A stretch of DNA of 64,000 nucleotides from Oligoflexales bacterium (GTDB lineage: Bacteria; Bdellovibrionota_B; Oligoflexia; Oligoflexales; RGVZ01), in NCBI GenBank assembly GCA_947445775.1, contig CANFEB010000009.1, forward strand, positions 403 through 64,402. The letters are read 5' to 3'. Both the position numbers and the translations under genes were made by a program. The notes beneath the pieces were generated by a model. That model made no database searches and was not told the origin of the DNA. It saw nothing but the letters and a program-made list of their open reading frames with translations. Position 1 is the stretch's first letter. Each line of letters begins with the position of its first letter. Positions 37,561-47,273 of this stretch are shown piece after piece.

Positions 37561-39423
37561 ATGACCAAACCCCGTCAAATAACCACCAGCAGCACTGCTG
37601 AATATTTCTCCAAAAACCTTCAGCAAGTGGGTTTTTCTTCCCCGACCAAGGCTGTCTTGACGACCGTAAAAGAGGCCTTAGACAACGCCCTTGATGCCTG
37701 TGAGGACCATCACATCGCCCCGGACATCAACATCTTGGTGGAAAAAGTTGGCAACGGTTCACTTAAAAATACCGACCGCATCCGGATCCGGGTTGAAGAC
37801 AACGGTCCCGGAATCGACGCGGGCGATATCGCCAAAGTTTTTGGTGAATATTTGGCGTCGTCAAAATTTGGTCGCGGACGTTGTTCTCGCGGCCAGCAGG
37901 GAATCGGCATTTCGGCTGCGACCACCTGGGCCATTCAAACAACGGCCAGGGGTGTTTCGGTCACCACCAAGACCAAAGGTCAGAAAAAGGCCGTCAAATG
38001 TCTAGTTGAAGTCGACATCAAGAACAACAAGGGCATCATTCGAGACAAAGAGGCCGTTGATTGGGAACGCCCTTCGGGCACTGCCGTGGAATTCCTGATT
38101 GACGGGCGCATTCAGCTCAATGGCGAGGCCGGCTTGGTGAATTACCTGCGGGGCAATGTCTTGGTGAACCCGCACATGACCATCAGCTACACACTTCCAG
38201 ACAATGGCACGACCAAAATCGAGCGCGTCACAAAGGATGTTCCGCAGATTCCAGAGGCCACGGAACCGCATCCCCATACTATGAAGCTCGGTGAGTTTAT
38301 TTCCCATGCGCGGCTCTTTGGGAAAATGAAAACGTCCAACTGGTTGAAACAGGGTTTTTCCCGCCTCAACGACAAAATACTCGCAGAAATCTGGAAGGGA
38401 CAAAAACTTGCCAGGGCTCTGCTCGATAAAAGCACCGAGGCTTTGAACGAAAAGGACATCAGCGGAATTTACACTGCTATCCAGAAGGCTCAGCTCCCCC
38501 CGCCATCCACACAGTCGGTCATGTCGATTGGCGAAGAAGCCCTGTCGCTCAGCATCCAGCGCCTTGGTGACGTCGATTTCTTTTCGGTCATCAGCCGCAA
38601 GCCAATGATCTGTGATTTCAAGCCAATTCAGATTGAAGTGGCCGTGGCACGCCTCAAGGATCGCCGGGGCGAAGACCATGACGAGCCAGTTCAAGTATTG
38701 CGTTTTGCCAACCGCGTGCCGCTGCAATTTGACAAGGCCGCCTGTGCCATCGTCAAAGCCATTTCGACCATCAATTGGCGCGCTTATGGAATTAAACAGC
38801 CTCGCGACTCCTTGCCCCAAGGTCCTTATATTGTGGCCGTCAGCATGGTGTCGCCGTTCATCAAGTTCAAAAATGCATCCAAGGAAACCATCGATGCCTC
38901 CGACGAATTGGTCGAGGAGATTCGCCGGGCATTGATGCAGGCCGGACAAAAACTCTCCCGGCACATCAACCGGGAAAGCCGCGTCAACGACCATGAAACC
39001 AAAATCGCCCACATAGAACAATTTGGCCCGATCCTGATCGACGGCTTGGTGCGTCTGACCAAGGCCGACGAGAGTCGCCGCATCAAGGCCACCGAGGGTC
39101 TACGCAAACTTTTGGGCCGAGACGCCCTTGAAAGCGAAAAGGCTGTCAAAGTTGCCAAAGAAAAGAGTGAGGCCGTCGACGCAAAACGCCACCGCATCAA
39201 GATGTTCCGCGAGGAAGATCAAGCCATCGAATCGCGCGAGGCTGAAAAGCGCGCGGCCGCTGATGGTCTAGATGAAGTCGATGCCATCGCATCGGAGTCT
39301 GAGGACTCCGATGATTCTGAAGGTGGCGTTGCCGTAGTGACCGCAAAATCAAAAAAGAAAATCGCCACCAAACAGGCTGGCCAAATCATCAAAAAGCCCG
39401 TCAAAAAAGCCGCCAAAAAGTAG
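37561..39423 (+). CDS. top6B: DNA topoisomerase VI subunit B (GHKL ATPase)
   Basis: Top6B-type N-terminus (AEYFSKNLQQVGF..P.KAVLTTVKEALDNALDA). Bergerat-fold boxes DNGPGI and GQQGIGISA, followed by a transducer-sized region. GAGGA SD. Confidence 0.85.
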   Translation: MTKPRQITTSSTAEYFSKNLQQVGFSSPTKAVLTTVKEALDNALDACEDHHIAPDINILVEKVGNGSLKNTDRIRIRVEDNGPGIDAGDIAKVFGEYLASSKFGRGRCSRGQQGIGISAATTWAIQTTARGVSVTTKTKGQKKAVKCLVEVDIKNNKGIIRDKEAVDWERPSGTAVEFLIDGRIQLNGEAGLVNYLRGNVLVNPHMTISYTLPDNGTTKIERVTKDVPQIPEATEPHPHTMKLGEFISHARLFGKMKTSNWLKQGFSRLNDKILAEIWKGQKLARALLDKSTEALNEKDISGIYTAIQKAQLPPPSTQSVMSIGEEALSLSIQRLGDVDFFSVISRKPMICDFKPIQIEVAVARLKDRRGEDHDEPVQVLRFANRVPLQFDKAACAIVKAISTINWRAYGIKQPRDSLPQGPYIVAVSMVSPFIKFKNASKETIDASDELVEEIRRALMQAGQKLSRHINRESRVNDHETKIAHIEQFGPILIDGLVRLTKADESRRIKATEGLRKLLGRDALESEKAVKVAKEKSEAVDAKRHRIKMFREEDQAIESREAEKRAAADGLDEVDAIASESEDSDDSEGGVAVVTAKSKKKIATKQAGQIIKKPVKKAAKK

Positions 39424-39446
39424 GCTAAAAGAAATAGGAGTCCCCC

Positions 39447-40628
39447 ATGGCGACACGCACAACCAGCGTCCATCCGCGCCGTAAGAGCAAAGAAGACAAA
39501 GTCATTCTCGAGCACAGCCTTGAGCTATGCGAGAAAATGCTGAAAGACTTGGAAGGCGGCAAACGGCCCAAGCTGACCGCAACCAAGTGCGCCCTCGATA
39601 ATTCGATCTACAATAGTAAGGTCGGATTTTTGACGCCAGGATCAAAACGCGTTTCTACCGAACTCAACGTCAGTTCCGTCAAAAAAATGTCGCGCGCTGT
39701 TTTTATGTTGGAAATTCTATTACGCAACATTGAGACGGGCAACGTCAACACGAAGCGCGAGCTCTACTACATCAGTAAGGGTGAGGTGAAGCACAACAAA
39801 TTAATGAAGGCTCTTGATTTTGGGGATCAAAACGAATCAGATTCCGTGGTGGATTTCATTTGCGAAATGCTCGAATGCTACCGCGAAGAAATGAACTGTT
39901 TTGCCAACGATCGGGGCGGCCAGACCTACAGCCAAAACCTCGTCGTAACCGAGCGCTTGCCTGATGGCACCGAGGCCGTGATTGACCTCTCCCAATTGGG
40001 AACGTCACCATTCCAACCGAAAAACCGTCCACAAAACCTGACTTTGAAGGCCAAGGGCAAAATCGACTTCTGCCTCGTTGTTGAGTCAGAGGGCACGGCG
40101 AACACCTTGGTGGCCAACGGTTTCGTGAAGCGTCATAATTCCATCGTCGTCGGTGCTCAGGGCGTACCGTCCAACGCCGTTCGCGGCTGGGTCAAACGAA
40201 TTCAAGACCAGTTGCGAGTGCCCATCTACTTTTTCGGGGACCTTGACGCGTACACCATGCAAAACATTTTCCGGACATTGAAAGCAGGCTCTGCTGCTTC
40301 ACTCATCCGAAATTCCGACTTTTCAGCGCCAGACGTGCGTTTTTTAGGCGTATTGCCAGAGGACATCAAAAAATATGACCTCAATGATTACCCGGTGAAT
40401 GAACGGGATGCCCAGGAAATCCGCGCCCTTAAAAAAGCCCGCGACGCCCTGGCAAATGACCCATTTTTTAAAGATAAAAAGAACAAGGGCCTCTCCGAAA
40501 TCTTGCACTGGCTGATCAACAATAAGAGGCGCTGCGAGCAACAGGCTTTCTATTCGGTCGATCCCCGGGATCCCCAGATGGCCGAAAAAATTATCATCGA
40601 GAAAATCACCAAGGGACATTACGTTTGA
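39447..40628 (+). CDS. top6A: DNA topoisomerase VI subunit A (Spo11 family)
   Basis: Catalytic-Tyr context KRELYYISKG, Toprim Glu (LVVESEGT), GAQGVPSNAVR and a DxD motif (FFGDLDAYT). AGGAG SD. Lies directly downstream of top6B. Confidence 0.85.
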   Translation: MATRTTSVHPRRKSKEDKVILEHSLELCEKMLKDLEGGKRPKLTATKCALDNSIYNSKVGFLTPGSKRVSTELNVSSVKKMSRAVFMLEILLRNIETGNVNTKRELYYISKGEVKHNKLMKALDFGDQNESDSVVDFICEMLECYREEMNCFANDRGGQTYSQNLVVTERLPDGTEAVIDLSQLGTSPFQPKNRPQNLTLKAKGKIDFCLVVESEGTANTLVANGFVKRHNSIVVGAQGVPSNAVRGWVKRIQDQLRVPIYFFGDLDAYTMQNIFRTLKAGSAASLIRNSDFSAPDVRFLGVLPEDIKKYDLNDYPVNERDAQEIRALKKARDALANDPFFKDKKNKGLSEILHWLINNKRRCEQQAFYSVDPRDPQMAEKIIIEKITKGHYV

Positions 40629-43600
40629 CCGCTGTCTACGGCCTTCGCTCGTTTTTAACAGAGGCAGAAAAGGGACTGCATCCTGACACTGCCGCTAATT
40701 CCATTCCGGTCATTCAAGCCCTTGGTTCCAGCGACAGCTTGATCCAACTTGCGGTACTTGGCCTCATGGAAATGCGCCCTGACAACCGCCGCCTGATTGT
40801 CGTTCTCCCCGAATCAAAAGATGTCGGCCATTGGTCCCAGTTTTTGGGCCAGGCCGTGGCTGCCCTGAATTCCGCGCCCGGTGACTCCCGGCCGAAGCTG
40901 CATGCCGCGATTCTTCCATTCTTTTCCGGTTGGGGGGCGGACCGCTTCATCAACCCCGACCAGTCGCGTCGTCAGCGGATTTATGCCTTGGACCTATTGG
41001 CCAGTCCCAACGTCCCATCCATTATAGTGACCACGCTTCAAGCCCTTGGGCAGGCAACGATTTCGCCCGGCGAATTTCGCGAGGGCGCGCTGGACCTTAA
41101 ACTCAACGAAGAAATTGACCAGGACGGTTTATTTTCACGCCTCGAGGACTTGGGCTACCGGAAGGCCAACACTGTTGAGGAAGAGGGCACCTATGCGGCT
41201 CGCGGTGCCATCGTGGACATTTATCCACCGAACCAAGATCACCCCGCGCGCCTCGAATTTCTTGGCGATACGGTTGTTTCCATGCGGCATTTCGATGCCA
41301 AGGACCAGAAATCCACGGGCCCTCTCACGGAACTGACCATCCGCCCAACGGCAGAATTTATAACGCCAGAAAGCAAGCGGCGGGAGCAAACTCAAGACCT
41401 GTACAACTGCCTCTTGGATCAGCCGATTGCCACGAGCGACCGCGACGGCATCATGCACAGTTTCGGAATGGGCATCAGGCCTTCCGGCTTTGACATGTTT
41501 GCCCCCCTCATGCGGCGCAATCGCCGCACCACCGCCATCGACTACATTCAAACGAGTGACTTGATTGTTTTTCCGCGCCCGCGCAGCACGTGCGCTGCTT
41601 CTTACAAGGAACACCTTGAAGAAATCGAAGAGGCCTGGCAGCGCGACGTTGAGTCCAAGCGTCCTTCCATGGCACCTGAAAACCACTTTGCGGCCATGGA
41701 AAACGTTACACTCGCGGCCTTTCCCCTGATTGAATTTGGAAATCCATTTTCAAATCCTGCCGCAAAAACTTTGCGATTTGAAAGCAGAATGGTCTTAGAA
41801 GGAACGCCGGTTTTTTCAAAAGAAAATCCTGTTGAGCTCTTTGACCAATGGGTGGATGCGATTCGTTCGGTATTGAAAAAGGAAGAGGGTTCCATTGCGA
41901 TCCTCGCCCATCATGACGAGCAACTTGATCGGATCTCAAATCTGCTCAGTCACCGCGGAATCGTGCCACAACGCCGCGATGCCCTGCTCCGCAGCATCCT
42001 GTCAGGAAAGGTCGAAGCCGGTGCTGTGGTCATGGGCCTCGGTGATTTGCAGTCCCACGTCTGGTTGCACGACACCAACACGCTTGTTCTACCGGAGCAC
42101 GCTTTATTCGGTGTAAAAAAACGACGGCCAAAACCGCCCTCTGCAAAACTCCAGAACTACCTCAGTTCATTTCGGGATTTGAAACCAGGGGATCTCGTCG
42201 TTCATGTCCAGCATGGCATTGGGCGCTACACGGGCATGATGACCATGAGGGTTGCTGGCCTGACCAATGACTTTTTAGTTCTCGAATACTCGGGCAACGA
42301 TAAAATTTACATGCCAGTTGATCGCCTCAACCTGCTGCAACGGTATAGCTCGGGTGGCGAGGGTGGCCGCGGGATGGTGGACCGTCTTGGCGGACAAATG
42401 TGGGAAAAGAAAAAATCCCGCATCAAATCCGAGATCAAGGACATGGCCGAGGCCCTGTTGAAGGTCCAAGCCGCTCGCGAGATCGCCGACGTGCACCGCT
42501 ACAATCCGCCGGACGACGAATACTTCAAGCTGGAGGCCGAATTCCCCTACGAGGAAACCGAGGACCAGCAAAAGGCCATCGACGATGTCTTTGCCGACCT
42601 GGTCGGGGAAAAACCAATGGACCGTCTCGTCTGCGGCGACGTTGGCTTTGGCAAAACCGAAGTTGCCCTGCGGGCAGCCATGCGTTCCGTCCTTGAGGGC
42701 GACCAGGTGCTGATTCTCGTCCCGACGACAGTTCTTTGCTACCAGCACTACCGCACTTTTTCCGACCGTCTGTCCCGCCACGGAGTGAAAGTCGCTCAGG
42801 TCAACCGGTTCGTTGATGGCAAGACGACCAAAGCCAATCTGGAGGCTCTTGCCCGAGGCGACCTGGATATTTTAATCGGAACCCACCGCCTCCTTTCCAA
42901 AGACATCAAACCCAAGCGCCTTGGCCTTCTCGTGATCGACGAGGAGCAACGATTCGGAGTCGGTCACAAGGAAAAACTCAAAGAAATGCGGGCAAATGCC
43001 CATGTATTGACGCTCACGGCGACGCCCATTCCCCGCACCCTGCACATGTCCATGCTTGGATTGCGAGATATTTCCATCATTGCCACGCCGCCCCAAGAGC
43101 GCCTGTCGGTCAAAACCTACATTTGCCGCTTTGATGAAAGCCTGATTCGCGAGGCCATCTTGAATGAAATCGCCCGTGGCGGTCAGGTGTTCTTTCTTCA
43201 TAACCGTGTGGAAGACATCGAGGAAATGCGCCTCTTTCTCAAAAGTCTTGTTCCAGGAATTGACATCCGCACGGCCCACGGCCAAATGAAAGAACACAAA
43301 CTTGAAGAAGTCATTATCGACTTCATGGAACAAAAATTCCCGGTCTTGTTGTGCACGACGATCATCGAGTCTGGGATCGACATGCCAAACGTAAATACTT
43401 TGATCGTAAACCGGGCCGAGAATTTCGGTCTCGCTCAGCTCTATCAAATCCGTGGCCGGGTTGGCCGATCGTCAATGCAGGCTTACGCCTATTTTATGAC
43501 GGCTGCTGAAGAAACCCTGACCGACGATGGCAAAAAGCGCCTCGAAATCCTGAGTGCCCATCAAGAGCTGGGTGCCGGCTTTCAGATTGCCAGCCATGAT

Positions 43601-44212
43601 CTTGAAATCCGTGGTGCCGGCAATCTTTTGGGCGGCGATCAATCGGGCAAGATCAGCGAAATCGGTCTCGAAATGTATACGGATATGCTGGAAACTGCGA
43701 TTGCCGAGCTGCGTGGGCAGGAGGTCATCGAAAAAATCGACACTGAAATTAGGCTGCCTGTCACGGCATTGATTCCTGCGACTTACATTTCCCACGAGAA
43801 CCTCCGCCTGCAGCTCTACAAGTCCCTCTTTTCGGCCAGCGACGAAGACGACCTAGGGCGCCTCAAACGCGAGACTCTTGATCGCTTTGGCCCCATGCCC
43901 GATGAGCTAACCCGCCTTTTCCGGGTCGCCACATTGAAACGGGGGCTGGCCCAGGCCAAGATGACTTCGCTAGCCGTTGGTGGGCGGAATTTTTACGAGC
44001 TGAAATTCGGCTCTCTCAACGAGGCCCAGATTGATACCATTTTGGATGCGGTCCGCACGCATCCTGACAAATACCGCCTGACCCCGGATGGTAAGCTTTA
44101 CCTCTATGCTCAGACGTTTGCTCAACCTGCACCTGCCCAACAAGACCAAATGATCGCAGAACTGGTAACATTGGTGGATCCCCTGGCCGAAGCCATCTCG
44201 CAAAGGAGCTGA
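40625..44212 (+). CDS. mfd: Transcription-repair coupling factor
   Basis: 1195 aa with a CarD/TRG-like region, DEAD/DEAH helicase motifs (GDVGFGKTEVA, VIDEEQRFGV) and a TRCF C-terminal domain. TTG start overlaps the top6A stop (TTGA). Confidence 0.92.
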   Translation: MTAVYGLRSFLTEAEKGLHPDTAANSIPVIQALGSSDSLIQLAVLGLMEMRPDNRRLIVVLPESKDVGHWSQFLGQAVAALNSAPGDSRPKLHAAILPFFSGWGADRFINPDQSRRQRIYALDLLASPNVPSIIVTTLQALGQATISPGEFREGALDLKLNEEIDQDGLFSRLEDLGYRKANTVEEEGTYAARGAIVDIYPPNQDHPARLEFLGDTVVSMRHFDAKDQKSTGPLTELTIRPTAEFITPESKRREQTQDLYNCLLDQPIATSDRDGIMHSFGMGIRPSGFDMFAPLMRRNRRTTAIDYIQTSDLIVFPRPRSTCAASYKEHLEEIEEAWQRDVESKRPSMAPENHFAAMENVTLAAFPLIEFGNPFSNPAAKTLRFESRMVLEGTPVFSKENPVELFDQWVDAIRSVLKKEEGSIAILAHHDEQLDRISNLLSHRGIVPQRRDALLRSILSGKVEAGAVVMGLGDLQSHVWLHDTNTLVLPEHALFGVKKRRPKPPSAKLQNYLSSFRDLKPGDLVVHVQHGIGRYTGMMTMRVAGLTNDFLVLEYSGNDKIYMPVDRLNLLQRYSSGGEGGRGMVDRLGGQMWEKKKSRIKSEIKDMAEALLKVQAAREIADVHRYNPPDDEYFKLEAEFPYEETEDQQKAIDDVFADLVGEKPMDRLVCGDVGFGKTEVALRAAMRSVLEGDQVLILVPTTVLCYQHYRTFSDRLSRHGVKVAQVNRFVDGKTTKANLEALARGDLDILIGTHRLLSKDIKPKRLGLLVIDEEQRFGVGHKEKLKEMRANAHVLTLTATPIPRTLHMSMLGLRDISIIATPPQERLSVKTYICRFDESLIREAILNEIARGGQVFFLHNRVEDIEEMRLFLKSLVPGIDIRTAHGQMKEHKLEEVIIDFMEQKFPVLLCTTIIESGIDMPNVNTLIVNRAENFGLAQLYQIRGRVGRSSMQAYAYFMTAAEETLTDDGKKRLEILSAHQELGAGFQIASHDLEIRGAGNLLGGDQSGKISEIGLEMYTDMLETAIAELRGQEVIEKIDTEIRLPVTALIPATYISHENLRLQLYKSLFSASDEDDLGRLKRETLDRFGPMPDELTRLFRVATLKRGLAQAKMTSLAVGGRNFYELKFGSLNEAQIDTILDAVRTHPDKYRLTPDGKLYLYAQTFAQPAPAQQDQMIAELVTLVDPLAEAISQRS

Positions 44213-44214
44213 CC

Positions 44215-45225
44215 ATGATTGACCGCCCATTCAAGCGCCGCCTGATTATCGGTGGAATCTGTTTTGGAGCGGGGGTGGCCTCGTGGCTTGCGGTCAATGG
44301 GCACAAGATCAGTGAAGTCCGAAACAGGGACATCCCGACATTTGACAATCTGGAACGCAACTCCACCCTGGTCGAGGTTGCTGGCACCCCGATTGACAGT
44401 GCTGACCTTGAATGGGAGTACAACCTTCATGTCAAGGGCATGACTGGGCCTGGCGAGATGACACCCATTCCGGATTTGGGCAACAAACTTGAAAAAGAAC
44501 TTGGCCCCCTTAAACAACAGCTCCTTTCCGGCATGATTGAACGCAAGCTTTTATTCAAATATTTGCAGCAAGACCGCAAATTCGACCTCGAAGAACCCTC
44601 GCGCTACACGGGATGCCTGAAAGAGTGGCAAGCCGTAGTGGAAACAAGCCCAGACTTGTTTCCGAGCAACCGATCAAAGGAACTTCTAAAAAACCGGCTT
44701 TGTGAACGCTCCATCATCCTGCAATACACCGAGGCCAGGATTTTCCCGTTGGTAGAGCCGAGCGACGCCCACATCACCGAGTACTACAAGAATCACCTGC
44801 CTGAATTCAGAGTCCCCCCCCGGGCGACGGTCCATCAGGTGGTGTTAGTTGACGAACCGACCGCAAAAAGGGTCAAAAAAGAAATCACGCGATCCAATTT
44901 TCAAGAATTAGCCCGCAAATATTCCATAACTCCGGAGGGCGAGGCTCAAGGCGGGAAGGTTGGCCCATTCACCAAGGGTGATGTTCCGGCCGTATTTGAT
45001 GTGTCCTTTGAAATGCAACCTGGGCAAATCAGTGAGATTCTCAAGTCGACATACGGATTCCACATCATTATGCTGCAAGAAAAGCGGCCAAAGCGTGAAC
45101 TCAGCTTGAAAGAAGCCACCCCGAAAATTCGGGCCATCTTGTCCGCTAAACGCAAGGATGAGGAATATCGAAAATGGCTCGAGTCTGCGCTCAACTCCAT
45201 ACCAATCACCTCGCCCCGATCTTAA
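44215..45225 (+). CDS. Membrane-anchored parvulin-type peptidyl-prolyl isomerase (PpiC/PrsA/PpiD-like)
   Basis: N-terminal TM anchor and a C-terminal parvulin motif (GGKVGPFTKGDVPAVFD...STYGFHIIML). AGGAG SD. Confidence 0.8.
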   Translation: MIDRPFKRRLIIGGICFGAGVASWLAVNGHKISEVRNRDIPTFDNLERNSTLVEVAGTPIDSADLEWEYNLHVKGMTGPGEMTPIPDLGNKLEKELGPLKQQLLSGMIERKLLFKYLQQDRKFDLEEPSRYTGCLKEWQAVVETSPDLFPSNRSKELLKNRLCERSIILQYTEARIFPLVEPSDAHITEYYKNHLPEFRVPPRATVHQVVLVDEPTAKRVKKEITRSNFQELARKYSITPEGEAQGGKVGPFTKGDVPAVFDVSFEMQPGQISEILKSTYGFHIIMLQEKRPKRELSLKEATPKIRAILSAKRKDEEYRKWLESALNSIPITSPRS

Positions 45226-46163
45226 TTATTTCTGCCGCATGGCTGTCACTACCGGCCATGGCTGCAGAGGTTTTGGTGGATCGGGTTTTAGGCTCCGTCA
45301 ACGGCCAACCGTTTCTGTACAGCGAAGTTGCCACCAAGGTGCAAATCGGACCGTTGGTGACTGTTTCTGAATTTCCGGCTACGGAGCAATCGCCGCCCTT
45401 TGAGCAGGCGATGCAGGACACCATCAATTTTCAGCTGATCCAACAAAAAGCTAAGGAACTGGACCTTGACGTATCAGATGATGAACTGGAGGCCGAAATT
45501 GGCGAATTCCTGAGCGGCAAGGGTTTGGACAAGCGGGGCTTACAAACTTTTTTAGCGAAGGAAAATAAGAGCTACGAAGACTACAAGCTGGATTTTCGCA
45601 ATCAGATCATCCTTGGCCGATTTCAGCGAAGGGTCATTGCTCCTCTGATCAAGGTAACCGACAAGGATCTAGAAACCGCCTATTTAAAGCGCTCGGGGGC
45701 AGCCTCTGATCTCGTCGAACTCATCCTCCGCCAGATTGTCATCCAAATTCCGGAAGGTTCCGGACAAGTAATCGCCGAAGCAAAGCGGGCCTTGGCCCTG
45801 GAGGCCCGCAGCAAAATCCAAGCCGGAGTTTCCTTCGAGGATGCCGTCAAACTTTATTCTGATGATCGTGAAAAAGCCGGCAACGGCGGGTTGATGGGGG
45901 GCGTTCGTCTGAAGGATCTGACCCCGGCCATTCGCAAGGAAATCGAGCGCTTGGACGTAGGCGGCGTCACGGCCCCGATCGAGATTGGGTCCAGCATCCT
46001 GATTTTCAAGGTTGAGGATCGCAAGGTCACTTTGGGCAAGGACATGCAGAAGAAAAAAATTGAATTAGAGGCTGAAATTCGGAGTGCCGAATTAGCCAGC
46101 CAAACTCGCCGGTGGCTTGCAGAGCAGCGTCAGCGTTCGAAGATCGATGTTATCGTGAAGTAA
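45174..46163 (+). CDS. SurA-like periplasmic chaperone / parvulin PPIase
   Basis: Signal peptide (…LSLPAMA/AE), a SurA_N-like helical region and a parvulin domain (GGLMGGVRLKDL…SSILIFKVEDR). GAGGAA SD 8 nt upstream of the ATG at 45174. Confidence 0.75.
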   Translation: MARVCAQLHTNHLAPILIISAAWLSLPAMAAEVLVDRVLGSVNGQPFLYSEVATKVQIGPLVTVSEFPATEQSPPFEQAMQDTINFQLIQQKAKELDLDVSDDELEAEIGEFLSGKGLDKRGLQTFLAKENKSYEDYKLDFRNQIILGRFQRRVIAPLIKVTDKDLETAYLKRSGAASDLVELILRQIVIQIPEGSGQVIAEAKRALALEARSKIQAGVSFEDAVKLYSDDREKAGNGGLMGGVRLKDLTPAIRKEIERLDVGGVTAPIEIGSSILIFKVEDRKVTLGKDMQKKKIELEAEIRSAELASQTRRWLAEQRQRSKIDVIVK

Positions 46164-47244
46164 CTCTGGCGCGCCAACCGTCCCAGATCACGATTCCAAG
46201 CAGCACGAAATTGGCAGCCCACGCGCTAAGCCCTGGCGCTATGCCGCCGCGTCTGCCAAGCGCCAAAAAAGAATTAAGCAGAAACCAGTAACTAAAACCG
46301 ATTGCGAGCGCCAAAAAAATACTCTTGGTGTTTTCAGCAGACCTCTCTGAGGTGTACATGAACTTCAGGCCAAGCAAGCTCATGACTAGGGCGGCAAAGG
46401 GAAATGCCAGCTTTAATTGGTAGTCGACCTTGAGCGGCAGGATATCCCGTCCAGAATTCTCCTCGGCTTTTATTCGAGTCAGTAACTCTTTGCGGCTCAT
46501 CTCATTGGGCAAGCGACGCTCTTTTTGGAGTTTATGAACGTCCACTGGTATTTGAATTACCAGCTGCTCCTTTTGGCTGTGCTTGCTGATATTTCCCTGC
46601 TCATCAAAATCAAGGATGGAAACATTAGAAAGCTGCCAATTGTTGGCCACTCCCATGTTCTTGGCAGAGCCTGCGTCGATCGATTGCAGCGGGCTGAAAT
46701 CAGGGTTCAACTTGGAAATTCTCAGTTGTTGAAAGGCCTGTAATTCATGCTCATATGTACCGAAGCTATAAATCATATTGCCTTGACGAAGCCAGCTCAC
46801 GCCTGGGGCAATCTCAAAGGATGGCACTCCCTCAATCTGGACCTCCTGAACGTAGTGCATCCGCCCGGCGCTGACTGGAACTACGTATTCATTCAAAACC
46901 AGGCCAATCAGGGTAACAACGAGGCCCCCGACAAACAAGGGAGCTCCGATACGGATGGGACCCATCCCTATGGCCCGCATGGCTGTCAGTTCGTTGGTTC
47001 GTCCCAACAAGACCATACAGACCACCGAGGCCAATAAAGCGGCGATGGGCATAGCCTGCAGGATATGCCCTGGCATCTGGTACATGTACATTTTAAAGAC
47101 GAGCTCAACCGACGGCTTATAGCGAGGAAAATAACGGGTAGTTTTATGAATAAAATCAAAGAGTATGAATAAAAAAAGCGTCAGCACCATCGCCCCGGCG
47201 ATGTACTTGAAAAAGTCCTTAAAAATATAAAAAAAGAGACGCAC
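46150..47244 (-). CDS. LptF/LptG family LPS export permease (YjgP/YjgQ)
   Basis: 364 aa with a 3 TM + periplasmic beta-jellyroll + 3 TM layout and an N-terminus typical of the family (FKYIAGAMVLTLFLFILFDFI). Confidence 0.8.
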   Translation of the reverse strand: MRLFFYIFKDFFKYIAGAMVLTLFLFILFDFIHKTTRYFPRYKPSVELVFKMYMYQMPGHILQAMPIAALLASVVCMVLLGRTNELTAMRAIGMGPIRIGAPLFVGGLVVTLIGLVLNEYVVPVSAGRMHYVQEVQIEGVPSFEIAPGVSWLRQGNMIYSFGTYEHELQAFQQLRISKLNPDFSPLQSIDAGSAKNMGVANNWQLSNVSILDFDEQGNISKHSQKEQLVIQIPVDVHKLQKERRLPNEMSRKELLTRIKAEENSGRDILPLKVDYQLKLAFPFAALVMSLLGLKFMYTSERSAENTKSIFLALAIGFSYWFLLNSFLALGRRGGIAPGLSAWAANFVLLGIVIWDGWRARVTSR

Positions 47245-47273
47245 TAAATCGCCAAATGGATTGAATTATCTGC

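Noticed and set aside
38002-39021. 339-aa ORF antisense to top6B
   Set aside because: It lies entirely inside the well-supported Top6B frame and has no SD. Its composition is biased towards Val, Phe, Gly and Asp, typical of the mirror frame of a coding region. No recognisable motifs.
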